A program made the translations under genes and the position numbers. This document shows, piece by piece, positions 36,901 to 50,654 of a DNA stretch of 64,000 nt (position 1 is the first letter of the stretch; every line of letters begins with the position of its first letter). The notes beneath the pieces were generated by a model. The model did no database searches. It saw nothing but the letters and a program-made list of their open reading frames with translations, and was not told where the DNA came from. Source of the DNA: Chrysomallon squamiferum (Eukaryota > Animalia > Mollusca); NCBI GenBank assembly GCA_012295275.1, contig CM022665.1, positions 16,926,001-16,990,000 on the forward strand, in the 5' to 3' direction.

Positions 36901-39661
36901 TTACTAAAAAAATCCCATATAAATACCTGATATAGGCCATGAATTTTTAAAAATAAATTTCAGAACAAATTTTGATTTGAATTTAATCAGAAATGTTAGG
37001 ACACCAAGGCAAATATTTCTTAATCTTTATCAAGTTTTCATAGAAGTCACTAATGTTGATGCAACACACAGCTATATTATGACTAAACTATATTTCATTT
37101 AAATCATTAATACCTTGAGAGATAAAAATAAAAATAGAAAAATAAAATGTTTAGATCTCAAAATTTGCCATCTTCTAAGCTTAACACCTGTTTATTGCAT
37201 TTTTCATTTGTATCTAGTTCAAAAGTTAGTTAAGACAATGTAGATACATAAGTAACAATACTGACCCTATTCCATAAAAAATCACATAGATATGCAAATG
37301 TTGCCTCCTGGTGTCAGAATTATTCAAAACATTTAAAAAACACCAAGAAATATGTGTTTTTATAGATTTTACTCAACATGGTCAGTGAATCAGTGGAATT
37401 TATGGGAAGGATACAGAAACAAATCAGGTAGAGCAGCCACTTGAGTTTTATTGCTGTGGAGCTTGTGCAAAAGTTACAGGCACCAAGACCAGACAATTGC
37501 TGCCTGTGTACCATGATAAAATTCAAAGCCTACTGAGATGTTAATACTAAATAGTGCTATATTATAAAGCATTCATTTATTTTTTAATTTTGAATTAGTT
37601 TAAAATTTGTGTATTTTGATTTTCCACTCAGTAAATAAATATTAGATACAGGAGCAGTGACAGGTTGAATTTGTATACACTTTGTTGTAGCCTTTCATTA
37701 ATTGATGAATGATTATTGAATCGACTCTGGTGGATTGATTTATCATTGTCAGACTGCTGTTTGTTAGTGTTAGCTCTGTGATACAGATTCAGAGGAGAAT
37801 TGTGAATAATACATTCGCTTCTGTTATTTACATCTATACAATTAGTGTTCATGCTCTCTTATTACTCCTCGTTTTCTCTCAATCTTTCTGTCTGTCTGTT
37901 GTTCCTTTCTACCGTCCTATCATATTTGTTTCATTTTATGTGCTGTAGATATGTTTCAGTATATTTTTCTTTCATTAATACATTAATTCCTTTTTTTCAT
38001 CTGATACTGTCCATTTGTTTATCTTTCTTTCTCTTTTTCTCAAATTCTGTCTTCTGTCTTTCCTTTATCCTACTTTTCTTGTGCTCTCTCTCTTTCTTTG
38101 ACTCTTATCTCTGTATCTCCAATCTTTATCTTCATTTTTTTCATGTTATTAAGTTGTCAAAACAAAATGTTATGTTATAGTGATTTGATAGATAACCCAT
38201 TACTGCCACTCAGATTTAATTAAGGGATTTTTTTTTTTTTTTTTTTTAATATTAATTTTCCATGACCAAGAATGCACACATGTTCCAGTCTTTGATAGTG
38301 CTGCTTGTGGTTGGAATGGTGAAAAAGGCACATCATTTCAAGACTATGTATTCTATGTCTTGCCATGCCAAAAGTAAGCTGCACCACACTCAAAACTAAA
38401 CTTAGTATTTACTCTATGTAAATAATTTACTTACATATTGCCAAGATTTGTATAGTTAAAAAAGATAAAGGCTTTTTTTTATTTTATTTATTAGATAGTA
38501 TAGAAAATAAAGCCAAGATAATAGAATGTAAAATGGCTTTAATATAATACACTGAATTCAGATTACAAACAAATGTCTGTCTACAACAGCATATACATAT
38601 ATTTACGTTTACATTGAAATACATTTGTTACCATGGTTATAAAATTATTTTATGGCTTCATAAAGGTGTTAAGAGAGATTAATAGGTTTTGATCTTAAGA
38701 CATAATGATATTACTGGTTTATTGTAAGTGGTGAAATACTTGTGTTTCTTTTTGAGACTATTCTTCTAACTAACCCTGACTTTGATTCTTTTTCTTTATT
38801 TCTTCTGCTTCTCTTTATGCCTCACTCTGATTTGTGTAATTGTTCATTTGCACTTCCATTAATTTTATTTTTTATATATATATATATATATTGTTTTAAT
38901 CATGTTTGCTCTATTACTATTTTTCTTCTTTCTTTCACTTTTTAAATCTGTTTTTCTTTTCTTTATTTTTCTTTTCTTTATCGGCATTTCTTTATTATAT
39001 TTTCATTTGGTATAAAAAATAGGGAAAATACTCTATTACATAATGATATACAGTGCTGTTGTATCCATTTCTCCATTATATTTCCATATAAATATAAAAA
39101 ACAGAGAAAATGCTGTATAAAATAATGACATACGGTACTGTCTAATCTCTGGATAATCTCTGTATATCAGTGTTCATTAGACAGACAGTTGTAGTGCTTA
39201 ACAAGAGGGTTGATGGTGTGATACAGCTATATATAGTATAATCATGTTAAATATTGCCACAAGCTTTTCCTGTCACTTTCTGAGTGGCTGAGAGAACTTC
39301 CAGAGTTGTTTACTTAAGATAAAATTCAAGGTGGCATTGTGGAGAAAAACATAAAGCGTAAATTATTCATAATTTTCTTAATTTTCATTTCTCTTTAAAT
39401 ATGCTCCTTAAGCAGTGTTCATACCAAACAACTTGTACTAACAATCTGTCACTAGTGATTTTTGGTTTCTAATATACATTTTCTATATACATTCGTAGCT
39501 TATGGTTTGTTAATACTTAAAATCAAATTCAGCCTTGAAAAGCTGGTTTTGACGAATTCACGTTTGCACCAAGTCTTAAAAAGTAAGAATTAATAGTGTG
39601 AAAATAACCAAATATTTGATATGAAATTAGTTTAAAATAGTTTGCCAAAAAATAAAAATAA

Positions 39662-39718
<57 letters not shown>

Positions 39719-40788
39719 TAATAAATAAATAAATATAAAATAAACTCATACTTTTCTGTAAAATGAGTAACTGAACAATTTACATGTAAAACAGAACATT
39801 CTAAATGAATGTTAACTACATCTTTTAATGTTTATTAAATGTTCTATATTGTTGAGACAAAACTTAATGCTACACTATGAACTATTCCACTGAACAGCAG
39901 TAAGTCCATTTTACAATCACCTTCCCTTAGAAAGGATAACATCCATAGATTAACAGTCTGAGAAGGATTAATCTTGATACCAGTTATGTCCCTAACCAGC
40001 TGTTTAACGCTTTCCTTGCAGTAAGCAGATATATCTATTCAGTTTTATTACTGTTAACTGTGGACAGTGGATTTATGCTGTGTTAACTTTGGAAAGTTGA
40101 TTTACCCCACAGCCTTAAAAAAACGAAAACATTATGCTGTGACAAGTGGACACACCCCCAGAAACTCCCAAATATCATATTGGCCCAGTATGGGGCAGCA
40201 GCACAACTATTGATGTTGATTTTGCCAGGAGCTATTTTTAATTATGCTGTGAAAGGGTTAAGCGCTGTGTTATATCCCAGGCCCTGAGAATATTCTACTG
40301 ACAGGGGATTTAAGTTGTTATGATTTACAGGTTTTCACAATATGATTTTTGTACAAGATGTAGTGAGAAAACTGTTCTGAGTCAAAGATAGATACAATCA
40401 GTAAATCTGTAAAATATTACTGAAGAAAGATAAAGTAATTTAAGAGAGACAAGGAATTGTTCTTTATGTTTATATATAAGAAATAACTGTCAGCTTTATC
40501 CTGCTCAGGTTAGAATGGCCTGAACTTGGTGAGGAACTTGGCGAGGCTTTGCCGAGCTGCTTTGGGCCATTCACCCCAAGCTAGTATCTCAAGACAGTAA
40601 CCAAATTATTTCTTTATAATAATACAAAAACTAAATGACTTTAACTCATATTTATCATCTCAGTGCTCTCAACAAAACACATTTCCCATGCATTGGTTTC
40701 ATCATCACTAAGCATCAAAACCAGCAATTAAACACTAAAGAAGTAACTTTGAACAATATGAATGTGAATGTATATATGTGTGTGTGTG

Positions 40789-40838
<50 letters not shown>

Positions 40839-42001
40839 CACTTAAGACCTTCTGGCTCTAACCCCTCAATATGTAAATAACAAGTAACCTATCAAAGTGA
40901 AAATAGTTCCATCCCAAAAAGCTATATTTTTGGTCAGTGCCACAAAAAGTTAAAATTAATCATGTAATATTTTATCTTGTCATTATTTATATATATATAT
41001 AAGGGAAATGAAAACAAGGTAACTATTAATGCTATTTTTGCCATAACAGAGTTTAAGTAGAAAAAAGTGACATTTTAAGATGCTTCAGTTCATTATCTTG
41101 TGTAAAACCTGACATTTTCATGAACATAAACTGGACATTTTTATTTTTATTATATATTTTTTTCAAACATAAAAAACCTCTATGAAGTGATTACAAAACA
41201 AATTAATTCAAATGAAGAACGAAATTTAAAATTTATAAAAATGGATGAAATGAAAGGCAAACTTAATTTTGAAGTACATAAATAACAAAGTAATTAATTA
41301 ATTAATTAAAATAAAAATAAAATAAAGACTTTTGGAAGAAAGAAGAAGTATCTCACTGATCTTGTCAGAATGTTAGATATCTTGACAGAAATAATAATTT
41401 GTTTGTGCATTGTTTGGCTGGAGGTAGGGATGTATGCAGAAGTCTAAAATTGTCGTATTACAGGCTGTAAAAAACAAACACTGTAAACTCTGTTTCAAAT
41501 TTGCATACAGATGTCAGGCCCGCCCCAAAAATTCATGGAATATCTTATGACTTTTTCTTTAAATTTGTTTTTCTTGTACTTTCTACATTTTTTTTTTTTT
41601 TTAGTTTCTTTTCTTTTTCTTTTTTAATTTTCTTTTTTTATTATTTTATGTTTCTTTTTTTAATCTCTTTTCTTTCTTTCTTTTTTTCATTTTTCAATTT
41701 TTTCCTCTGTTTAATAATGTATTAAAGAGATTAAAATGTCCTTTAGATTACTGTTGTTGAACCTTTTAGGAGGTTTGGAATAAATCTGTAATGAAAAGGC
41801 ATAGCAGACTATTCATTTGTAATCATTATTGAAATAATGAAGCACCCACTGGTTCATTGTAGATCATCACTTGAGAAGACACTGGATGTAGGATCAAACC
41901 TTATTAGTGCATCTATTGGTGTTTTATTCCATCTAGTTTATTATGATAGGTGTTTGCTTTCTGCCATATGGAATATTCTGACAGTCAAAAAAAAAAAAAA
42001 A

Positions 42002-42038
<37 letters not shown>

Positions 42039-42224
42039 CATATACATATTAAACACAAAACATTACTAAGTCATTAACATTAAAATATGTTGAAATGTTA
42101 AAAAAATATTCAACCATATTTATTTATTTATTATTTACTTTAAAAAAAAATATTTGTTCTTAAATTTTTTTTTTTTTTTTTTTTTTTTTCATAAAGATAT
42201 TTTTAATAATTGCAAAGTTAAACA

Positions 42225-42450
42225 CTAATAAATAACATCCATTTTCTCCACTGTTCTTTGAAAACATCTTGTACAGCAAATGTTAACTTCCATTTTGAAG
42301 TCTCTCTGTGGATACATGATTATTTTCGCTTCATTTATGAGAATGGCCTCGTGGATTTCTTTGATAGTGTATGCAAGTACATTCATTGGCTCCCGATCTA
42401 TTTGAAACATTCCGAGTATTGACTTACCCCAAATCAATATGTCCTGTTGA
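42225..42450 (-). mobile_element. Penelope-like retroelement GIY-YIG C-terminal fragment
   Basis: Reads TGHID../..IDREP..IKEIHEAILINEAK..QRDFKMEV across a frameshift, similar to the Penelope endonuclease tail H.IDW....IDRE....RKIKEAI.I....NRD.G.EI. Confidence 0.5.
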
Positions 42451-43344
42451 TAAAAATAATCATTTATGGCTTTGTTGTTGCAAATATTGAGCTCTTTTCA
42501 GATCATTTACTGTTGTGTAGGTTTACAAATAATACTGAGATTTTTTTGGTTTGTCTTCTTCAAGTATTGTAAATTCAAAATAATGGATTTTTGTGTCTGC
42601 AGTGGTTTTTATTTTTTGTTTTCAAATGGGTTTTTGTGGTTTTTAAAAAAATATATTTCATTAGAGTTTCACAAATAACACTGTGGTGTTTGTTTTTTGT
42701 GTTTTTTAAAATTGTTTTGTTTGTACTTTATTAAATATTTTATTTAATTCAATTTTATGTTATTTTAATTTATTTTAATTATTATTTATTGTACTTTATT
42801 AATTTTTAAACATTACTAACAAAATAATATATTTTGTCCATTAAATTTTTAGGTAATATTTTTTACTGTGTAGATAAAAATAACACTGGTAGATTTTTAA
42901 TTCCATTTTAAAAATTTTAAAAATTATTGATTATTTATTATTTACTATTATTATTTGTTTTTAACCTCCAAGTGTTATGAATTACAAGCATTTTACATAC
43001 TGTTTAATTTTTGGGTTTTTGTTTTACCAGTTAGACTCGAGTCATTTTATTTTCTTTTAATATTGTAAAAATATAAAATATTTGGTTTTGTTCAATTTTA
43101 GACATTTTGTATTTTCATAAATTCATTGAATTTTGTTTTTCTTTTTTTTTTTTTGACTTTTTTTTATAACAATCAGACAAAAGTTTCCATTACATTTTCA
43201 AAAATAAAAATAAATTTATGTATAGATTTATAAACAATGATGCTTTTAAAACAGTTTTTCAGTGTTTAATAACAGCCTTAATTCTGTAAACTTTTTTTAG
43301 AGAAAAAACTTGCCTTATCTAGAAGTTCATTGTTAATTGAAAAA

Positions 43345-43615
43345 TAATGCATTTTATCCATCATTTTAAAAATAAAGATTTACTTTATTAACTGTTATCA
43401 TATAATGAATGCATTCTATCTACATTACAGTTTTAAAAATAAACATTTACTTTATTTATTGATATATAATGAATGCATTTTATCTACATTTCAATTTTAA
43501 AAATAAACATTTACTTTATTAATTGATACCATATAATGAATGCATTCTATCTATTTCAGTTTCAGAGATAAATATTTATCTTATTAATTCTTACATAATA
43601 AATGAATGTTATCTG
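43345..43615. repeat. Minisatellite, ~65-bp unit, about 4 copies
   Basis: Unit ttttaaaaataaa(c/g)atttactttatt..atataatgaatgcatt(c/t)tatctacatt. Confidence 0.85.
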
Positions 43616-43727
43616 TGTACAATTTGAACTTGTTTCAAGACAATTTATTACTATGTAAGTTTGCTTTTAAATTGTGTGCTTTGAGCATGCATTACATACA
43701 GAATTACTCACTGTATAAGTGTCCTAC

Positions 43728-43776
<49 letters not shown>

Positions 43777-44412
43777 ATAAAAAAATATATATATTTTTTT
43801 ATTTCTCATATTACAAAATAAAAAAATAATGGACTTGTTCTACTGGGATAGCTCTGTATGCTCGCTATTGGACAGTTGTGTGTACAAGAAGCAGATTGTT
43901 CTAAAACATCGACAGCACTATAATGAGTCTGAATGAGCCAATATGTCATGGATCTATTAGTTTCATCAGGAGGTGATTTTCTACAGATAATAGGCTTTCT
44001 TGTCTCCTTGTCGACAGGCAAGTACTGTTTTCACTTCACTAAGTAATTGAAGACATACATGGATGTCGGGATTGACACAAAAAATATTTCAAGTAGATAC
44101 ACGAATAATTTGTTACAGAGAAAGTTATTTCATGCAGCTGTCCATAATTTTCTTACATAATGTTACTGCAGCTTTGGTCAGAATTGTGTGAATTTTGAGA
44201 AAATATTAAATCAAATTTGAACTGATCTAGATACATTTTTAGCAACATTTCTTTGGCTGTGTTGTGTGCTTTCACATTTTGTCACTGTTCATGGATATTT
44301 ATTACAAGTCATTGTAATGGTGAGTTGTTATTGCAGTGGAACTAGAAGAAACTGCATGTAGTAGTCTGCATTATTTAATTACTGAAACCACAGATTTTGT
44401 TATTTATTATAA

Positions 44413-44688
44413 CAGGTTGCAGATTTCTTGTCTAAAATTGCAAAATATGTAAAGCTTTGAAATTTTGCATATACAAACTTTATTTTATGCACAAAATTAT
44501 TAAAAATGTTATATTTAAAAAATCAAAAACAAATTCCAGCCGCCTCTTTGTATTTATAGTATATATGAAATATAAATGGAATTTGTATTTAGACTTAAAT
44601 CCTATTCTCAGGTGATTTATAATTCAAAAATTCAAAAATCTAAAATATTTCTGGTCGAAGGCATTTCAGACAAAGGATACTCAATCTG
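44413..44688 (+). mobile_element. Tigger-type MITE resembling Tigger4/MER46
   Basis: Left end CAGGTTG; right end tttctggtcgaaggcatttcagacaaaggatactcaatctg followed by TA. Internal atgcacaaaattattaaaaat..tatatgaaatataaatg..tttagactt follows the remembered Tigger4(Zombi)/MER46 consensus in order. Confidence 0.65.
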
Positions 44689-46659
44689 TATTAGGTTATG
44701 TTACTGACAGAGTGTGTAAATTCTGATTACTTGATCTATTAAAACCATGCATTTTATTACATACTAATCAGTCTAATGTTATGACAGTGTGTGGACTAAA
44801 TTCATTTGTTAAACATTGTTCTGAAGTGAGACTGGACAAAGAGCCTTTTGATAGCTGGCTTTTCAGAGGCCATTATGTTTTACTTTCCTGTCAGTGGGAA
44901 GGTACACATTCAGGATTTCTTGCTGCTAACTTCTAAGTATATCTCATGTATTGATAACAATAAGTTTCTTTTCATTCAGTTATATATGAGAAATATGCTA
45001 GACATGTAAAAACTGTTCATACAAGTGTGTTTGAGTTATTGTTATTATTTTTTAAAATTATTTTATTATTATTATTATTATATGTACATGAAAAATGTTC
45101 TAAAATTGGTCTATTTTTGTATGATTTGTGTGTGTGATGTTTACAACAATTATTTTAAAATATTATGGTTAGATTTGATAATTGCCCAAAATATCATCAT
45201 CCAAAATGATTAGAGTGTACTTTTATTTGATTTAGTAAGATTATTTTGTTTTTTTTATTTTATTTTACATTACTTTAGTTAACTTTACTTTACTTTATTT
45301 TACTTTATTTTTGATTTATATCTTATGATTTTTATAATCTAATATAATAATATTATCATGTTTGAATCAGCGTGTTGAACCAAATTTATGTTTTAAAACT
45401 GGAAAAAAGATTTAACATTTTTGTTTTTTTTTGTTTTTAAATTGATAGTTATGTTTGTAGAATTTTCCATTTATTCCATTGCAAATGAGCATGTTGTTTT
45501 TCAAAGGAAAGCATTTAGGACTGCAAACCTTTACATACTTTGCTGAATATTTATAACATAACATTTGCCATTAAATATAAATAAAATGAACCACCTGATA
45601 CTGACTTGAAGTTTGCTATGCAAAGTGTTCTTTTTTCCCTTTTCCTTTATTCTTTTCTTTTCTTCGTTCAATACCATTTATTAATGACATGAAATAAGTG
45701 ACTCTCTTCTTGTGCAAATTTTCAGAAATGTCTATGGAACTAATACTCTAAAGCCAACAAGTGTTTTCTTTTTCTTTCTTTTTTCCTATTTCTTTTCCTT
45801 TCCTTATTTTTTCTTTCTGAAATACAATGAGAATATTTTTGTAGCTAGGCGAGAAATTCAAAATTATAATTTTAAAAACCTCTTGAAATGTTTTCTTACA
45901 CACTTGCTTAGATACATGCATGCATGCATGTGTGTGTGTTTGTGTGTGTGTGTAAACATACAGTAAGTTGCAGATTGCAGACTAATCTGTGGGTTCAGGG
46001 ATCTGTTCTTATCAGGCAACCTGTTGGGATTTCGTCCATTCCAGTGTACTTTAAATAAAATGAAAACACATTAAAACTATTCCTGTGGTGAATATCATTG
46101 TGTATGGTGTTTCTTTGTACTTGTTATTTATGAGACATGTCAGGATGAAAGACACAATGTGGGCTGTGATAAGTCATAAAACAGATGTCTACGTAAAGAC
46201 ATTGTTAATAGAGTCAGGGAAGATGATGATGCTGATCTGAGAGGTTAAATGCAGTTAATGAGTTTGGTGAAATGAGAGGTTGCATAAATTGGAAGTGAAA
46301 ATGTGAGTGTGAGTGAGCAAGTACATGAGATAATAATTAATATGTGTGAAGTAAAAATCGTTTGTAGGTTCAAAATATAATGAATTTCTACCAGAGATGA
46401 AGCTATTACTTCATGGGTAAATCAAGCATAATTATATTTTACATTTGTTTTGTTATTTATTTATTTTTCTTCAACACAGAATGCCATATCTACAAGCTAT
46501 GGATCTTTAAAACCTTATTCCATTTTTATTTTTACTTTTTTATTCTTGTTAGTCATTAAAATCTTCTTTTTTGCATTTTATTGAATTTTTCTCTGTGCAT
46601 CATGTTATTGTGTCCAGTTTTGCCTCTTGTTACTCTTATTAACAGAAACGTTGCATTTC

Positions 46660-46930
46660 CATATCATAAATAACATTATCCATTACCATAGCAACATGCT
46701 ATTCATAATGTCTTTTTTTAACATTGGATGTATCATAAAAAACATTATCCATTACATTGCAACATGCTATTCACATTGTTATTTTTAACATCAGGTATAT
46801 CATTAAAAAAATGATCTATTACCATAGCAACATGATATTCACATTGTCATTTTTAACATTGGATGTATCATAAATAATGTTAGCCATTACCATAGTAACA
46901 TGCTATTCATATTGCCATTTTTAATGTTAA
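46660..46930. repeat. Minisatellite, ~68-bp unit, 4 copies, each with an X-box-like motif
   Basis: Unit tatcataaa..cattatccattaccatagcaacatgctattca(c/t)attgtc.tttttaacattggatg. Confidence 0.9.
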
Positions 46931-48443
46931 ATTTGTCATTAATTTTTGCCCATATACAGCCATTATCATGTAGAGCTTTTCACACTACACATAGGCTTGT
47001 AATACTGGTTAAGAAAATTACAGTATGTTTTGCATTATGCTTTATCAACTGATTAACTAATGTGAATTGCTGATATTGAAGGAAGATTTATTACAAGATT
47101 ACTTTTTTATGTAATTTCCCAGGAACACACATTAAAAGACATATGGCTCTGTTTTTCTGCTGTCTACCATATCAGCAAACTGCAGCAACCTCATTTGTTC
47201 TGCATTACATAATCAAAGCTTTAGGAATTATCTTTCTCCCCATGTTTTGAAATTATTATTGTTATTGATGCTGCTGTGCTACTACCATTACTACTACAAC
47301 TACTACTATTCCTGTAACAGTGACTATTACTATTACTGCTGCTGCCATTACTACTAAAATTATTTCTAATACAATTACTATTACTATTGCTGCTACTGTT
47401 AAAACAGTTTAAATAATCAATTCTTAATGATTGACTCTGATTAAAAGTTAGGTTAACTAGATTTATTATTCATTGCTATTTATCTAACTAAATATGCACC
47501 AGATTACTATAACTATTTATGTTAAAACTGAAAACATGACAACATTTACTTATATTACTGTTATTTTATTCAGTACGCAGATTGGATAATTGACAAACGG
47601 AAATGAATTTTAAAAATAATGGGTGCATCAAAGTACTAAATGTGTAAACAGTGACATATCTGTCGTACTTTTATCCTTGACATTTTATTATTACCATTGA
47701 CATATTTCAACTGTCATAAATCTCGCAGTTTGTTCTGTCCTTCACCTTTTGATATATCCTTGACTTTTGGTTCAGCTACAGATGTTTTGAATTCATGTAC
47801 TCCTAACCTGTTTGTAGGAAAATGTCCTTAGAGTATAATGAATAAAGAAAGAAAAGGTGGACAATAAAAAGGAATAGCCATAGGAAGGATTTAACTGCTT
47901 AATTAGTTATTTGCTTAATAAATTCCCTGCATTTGCAATATATGTTAAACATCAATAAGTATTAACATAATAATGAAATGTCAGTGGAGTAATTTTTAAT
48001 TAATAATCAGTTATCTGCATATTGCAACATAATACGTATCAGCTTGTCAAACATTAATCAGTATGTTTAATTAATAAAACCTAGTACTATTTATTTTGAT
48101 TAAATGTTAAATATATTATTATACACATTATGTACAATAATATATTGTTCCCTTCTGCTGCATTTTTTAAAATAAATTGTTTATCAAAATGGACCTGTTT
48201 CATTGCCAGTGATATTCTTGCTAAAAATATTTTGTTTATGGAGGCTATCATTCTAAGTAACAGTATAATTAAAAATGTATTACATCCTATACAAAAAATG
48301 GGTATTAGGCTAAATACAAGATATGCCTTGGTTTTTTGTGTGTCAGATGGAAAAATTATTTCACTTTAAAAATTAATAATGTTATTATTATTTGTATTTC
48401 ATTGAATTATTTATTTAATTTTTTATTTATTTATTTATTTCAG

Positions 48444-48522
48444 ATAATGATTTTATTACACTGAAATCCTGTTCCAATATGGATCTAAATTTGAGAAGAA
48501 TTACAGTTTAGTAAAATACCAG
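48444..48522 (+). other. Candidate non-coding (5'-UTR) exon of the axotactin-like gene
   Basis: Long T-rich tract ending tttcag| at 48443 and CAG|GTATGA donor at 48522/48523. It contains only short closed uORFs. No transcript evidence. Confidence 0.3.
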
Positions 48523-49751
48523 GTATGAAGTTACATCAGATTATTGAGATATGGCAGTGATTGCATATACAGTAATTTCCAAATGCTGCAGCTAGTATTG
48601 ATTTCATGTATATTTTGGTGTCAGTTACATAAATGCAGAAAACTGCACTGTAATTATTTATTATTTATGTGCATGGCATTATAATTTTTTTAATTTTTAA
48701 TTTTTGCTGCACATTATTTATGTATGCGTCATTCAGTTTATAGTGCATATGTATTTATTTATGTTTTTGTATCAGTTTCAAACATACACATACATATAGG
48801 CCTATACACAAATTTAAGAAGACAGCCTATTTTGTAATACACATACACATGTATACACACATGGATAGATGACACATTTACACACACACACACACACACA
48901 CACGCAGACATGCAATAAACAAGCACACACAAACATTATCAAATTGGAACGACAGTTCATTAATCAGTTATTACGTTACTCAGTCATCTACATCTGTTTC
49001 TGTCTCAGCGCCATCTGGCTTTATTATACCCCAATCTCATGTTACTCCATTCCTGTATCAAATTAATATAAAAAATAAAGTGAATTATGGGCAGCAATAT
49101 AGCTAGACTGAAGATGCCAATACAAGATAGATTATTGTGGTCAAAAGCAATATATATTTCTATATATATGTCACCTATGTTCAGTTCTTAATAAATTAAG
49201 CATTGTTGTGCTGAGGACCCATTAAATATTCCATCACTCACCCTGTTCACAATTTTCATGTTTAACTTACTTCAGAAACATGTGCAAAATGCACTTTGAA
49301 ATGTATTGATTGGCAGATGATTTTAATTTTTTTTTTTTAATCACTGTTACTATGGCAACAAATTGTATTTGAATTGAACAATAATTTGAGGTAATGATTG
49401 CATGATAATGTGTGCTGTCCTGAAATTAACTTCAACAGCTGCAATAGTTTATTTATCTGATAAAAAAAAAGCACTACTACTGCTTTTCATAATAATAATA
49501 ATAATAATAATAATAATAGTAGTAGTAATAGTAATAATAATAATTTTTATTACTGTTGTTACTGTTCTCTGTCATTGTCATTGATATTAAAATTTTTTTT
49601 ATTAACACAACTGTCATTTATTTTCTTAACTATTTTGTACAGTCATCAGATGGGTATGATAATAAGATTTTACTGAACAGTCAGATACAACATCTTCATA
49701 TCTGAGAAAAAACTTTAAAAAAAATAATTATAGAATTACATTTTCAATATA

Positions 49752-49880
49752 TTAGCTGCTATTACTACCACCACCACTGCTGCTACTGTTATTAATACTA
49801 CTATTACCACTACCACTACTACTACTATCACCACTACCACTACTACTACTACTATTGCTACTACTACTATCATTGTTACT
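49752..49880. repeat. (CTA/CCA)n low-complexity tract
   Basis: Degenerate trinucleotide repeat; explains the Ser/Gly-rich pseudo-ORF at 49752-50075. Confidence 0.85.
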
Positions 49881-49882
49881 GA

Positions 49883-49924
<42 letters not shown>

Positions 49925-49986
49925 GAAGGGTGAACTCTGGTGCATACACACTAACACAAAACTCACATTTTGGTTTTTCTTTAACA

Positions 49987-50026
<40 letters not shown>

Positions 50027-50654
50027 CTAATATCACGAGAGCAGGTAAATGTTTGAAACTGTTTTTGTTTTGCAACAGTTTAAAAAAGAAAAAACAAAAT
50101 CAATATGAACTGGTCTGTGTATCAGCATGGCAGGTGTTTTCATTCCTCTGATTGCACTGTCAATAATGTTTCTTGTCTTCTTGTTACTCAATACTGCCAG
50201 ATTCAGCCAAATGTTTGCTGCTACTCCATTTTGTATTTTTCTGGAACTAGCATTCAGAACTTGGTGCTTAGATACAGCTAATCTAACAAAAAAAAAAAAA
50301 AATAAAAAATCTAATCTAAGTTACTGTGAGTGCAGGTTCTCAATTAAACCTCATATTATATTTTTTCCCATTCCAGCCACTGGTTATACAATTCACTGTT
50401 GGCTTATGTAAAATTGTGATCTTTTCTGTGAGAAGCTGTATATAAAATATTTTTAACTATTGGACTTGTCATAGTGGCATTTTTTTTTTTCCTATGATTG
50501 CTGCAGCAAAAAAACTGTAATACTGAATAACTTACAACTGTTAATATTAAAAAGTAATCTCTGTATATCTTTATTTCTGCACAGGTGTAACTGAATGTTC
50601 ATAAATTCATTTTATTCAAATGTACTGAAATGTCTGTGTTTCTCTGTTTACAGA

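Noticed and set aside
40070-40261. piggyBac-like end (aaagggttaa) with repeated ttatgctgtg
   Set aside because: The left TIR/TTAA is too degenerate to support a call.
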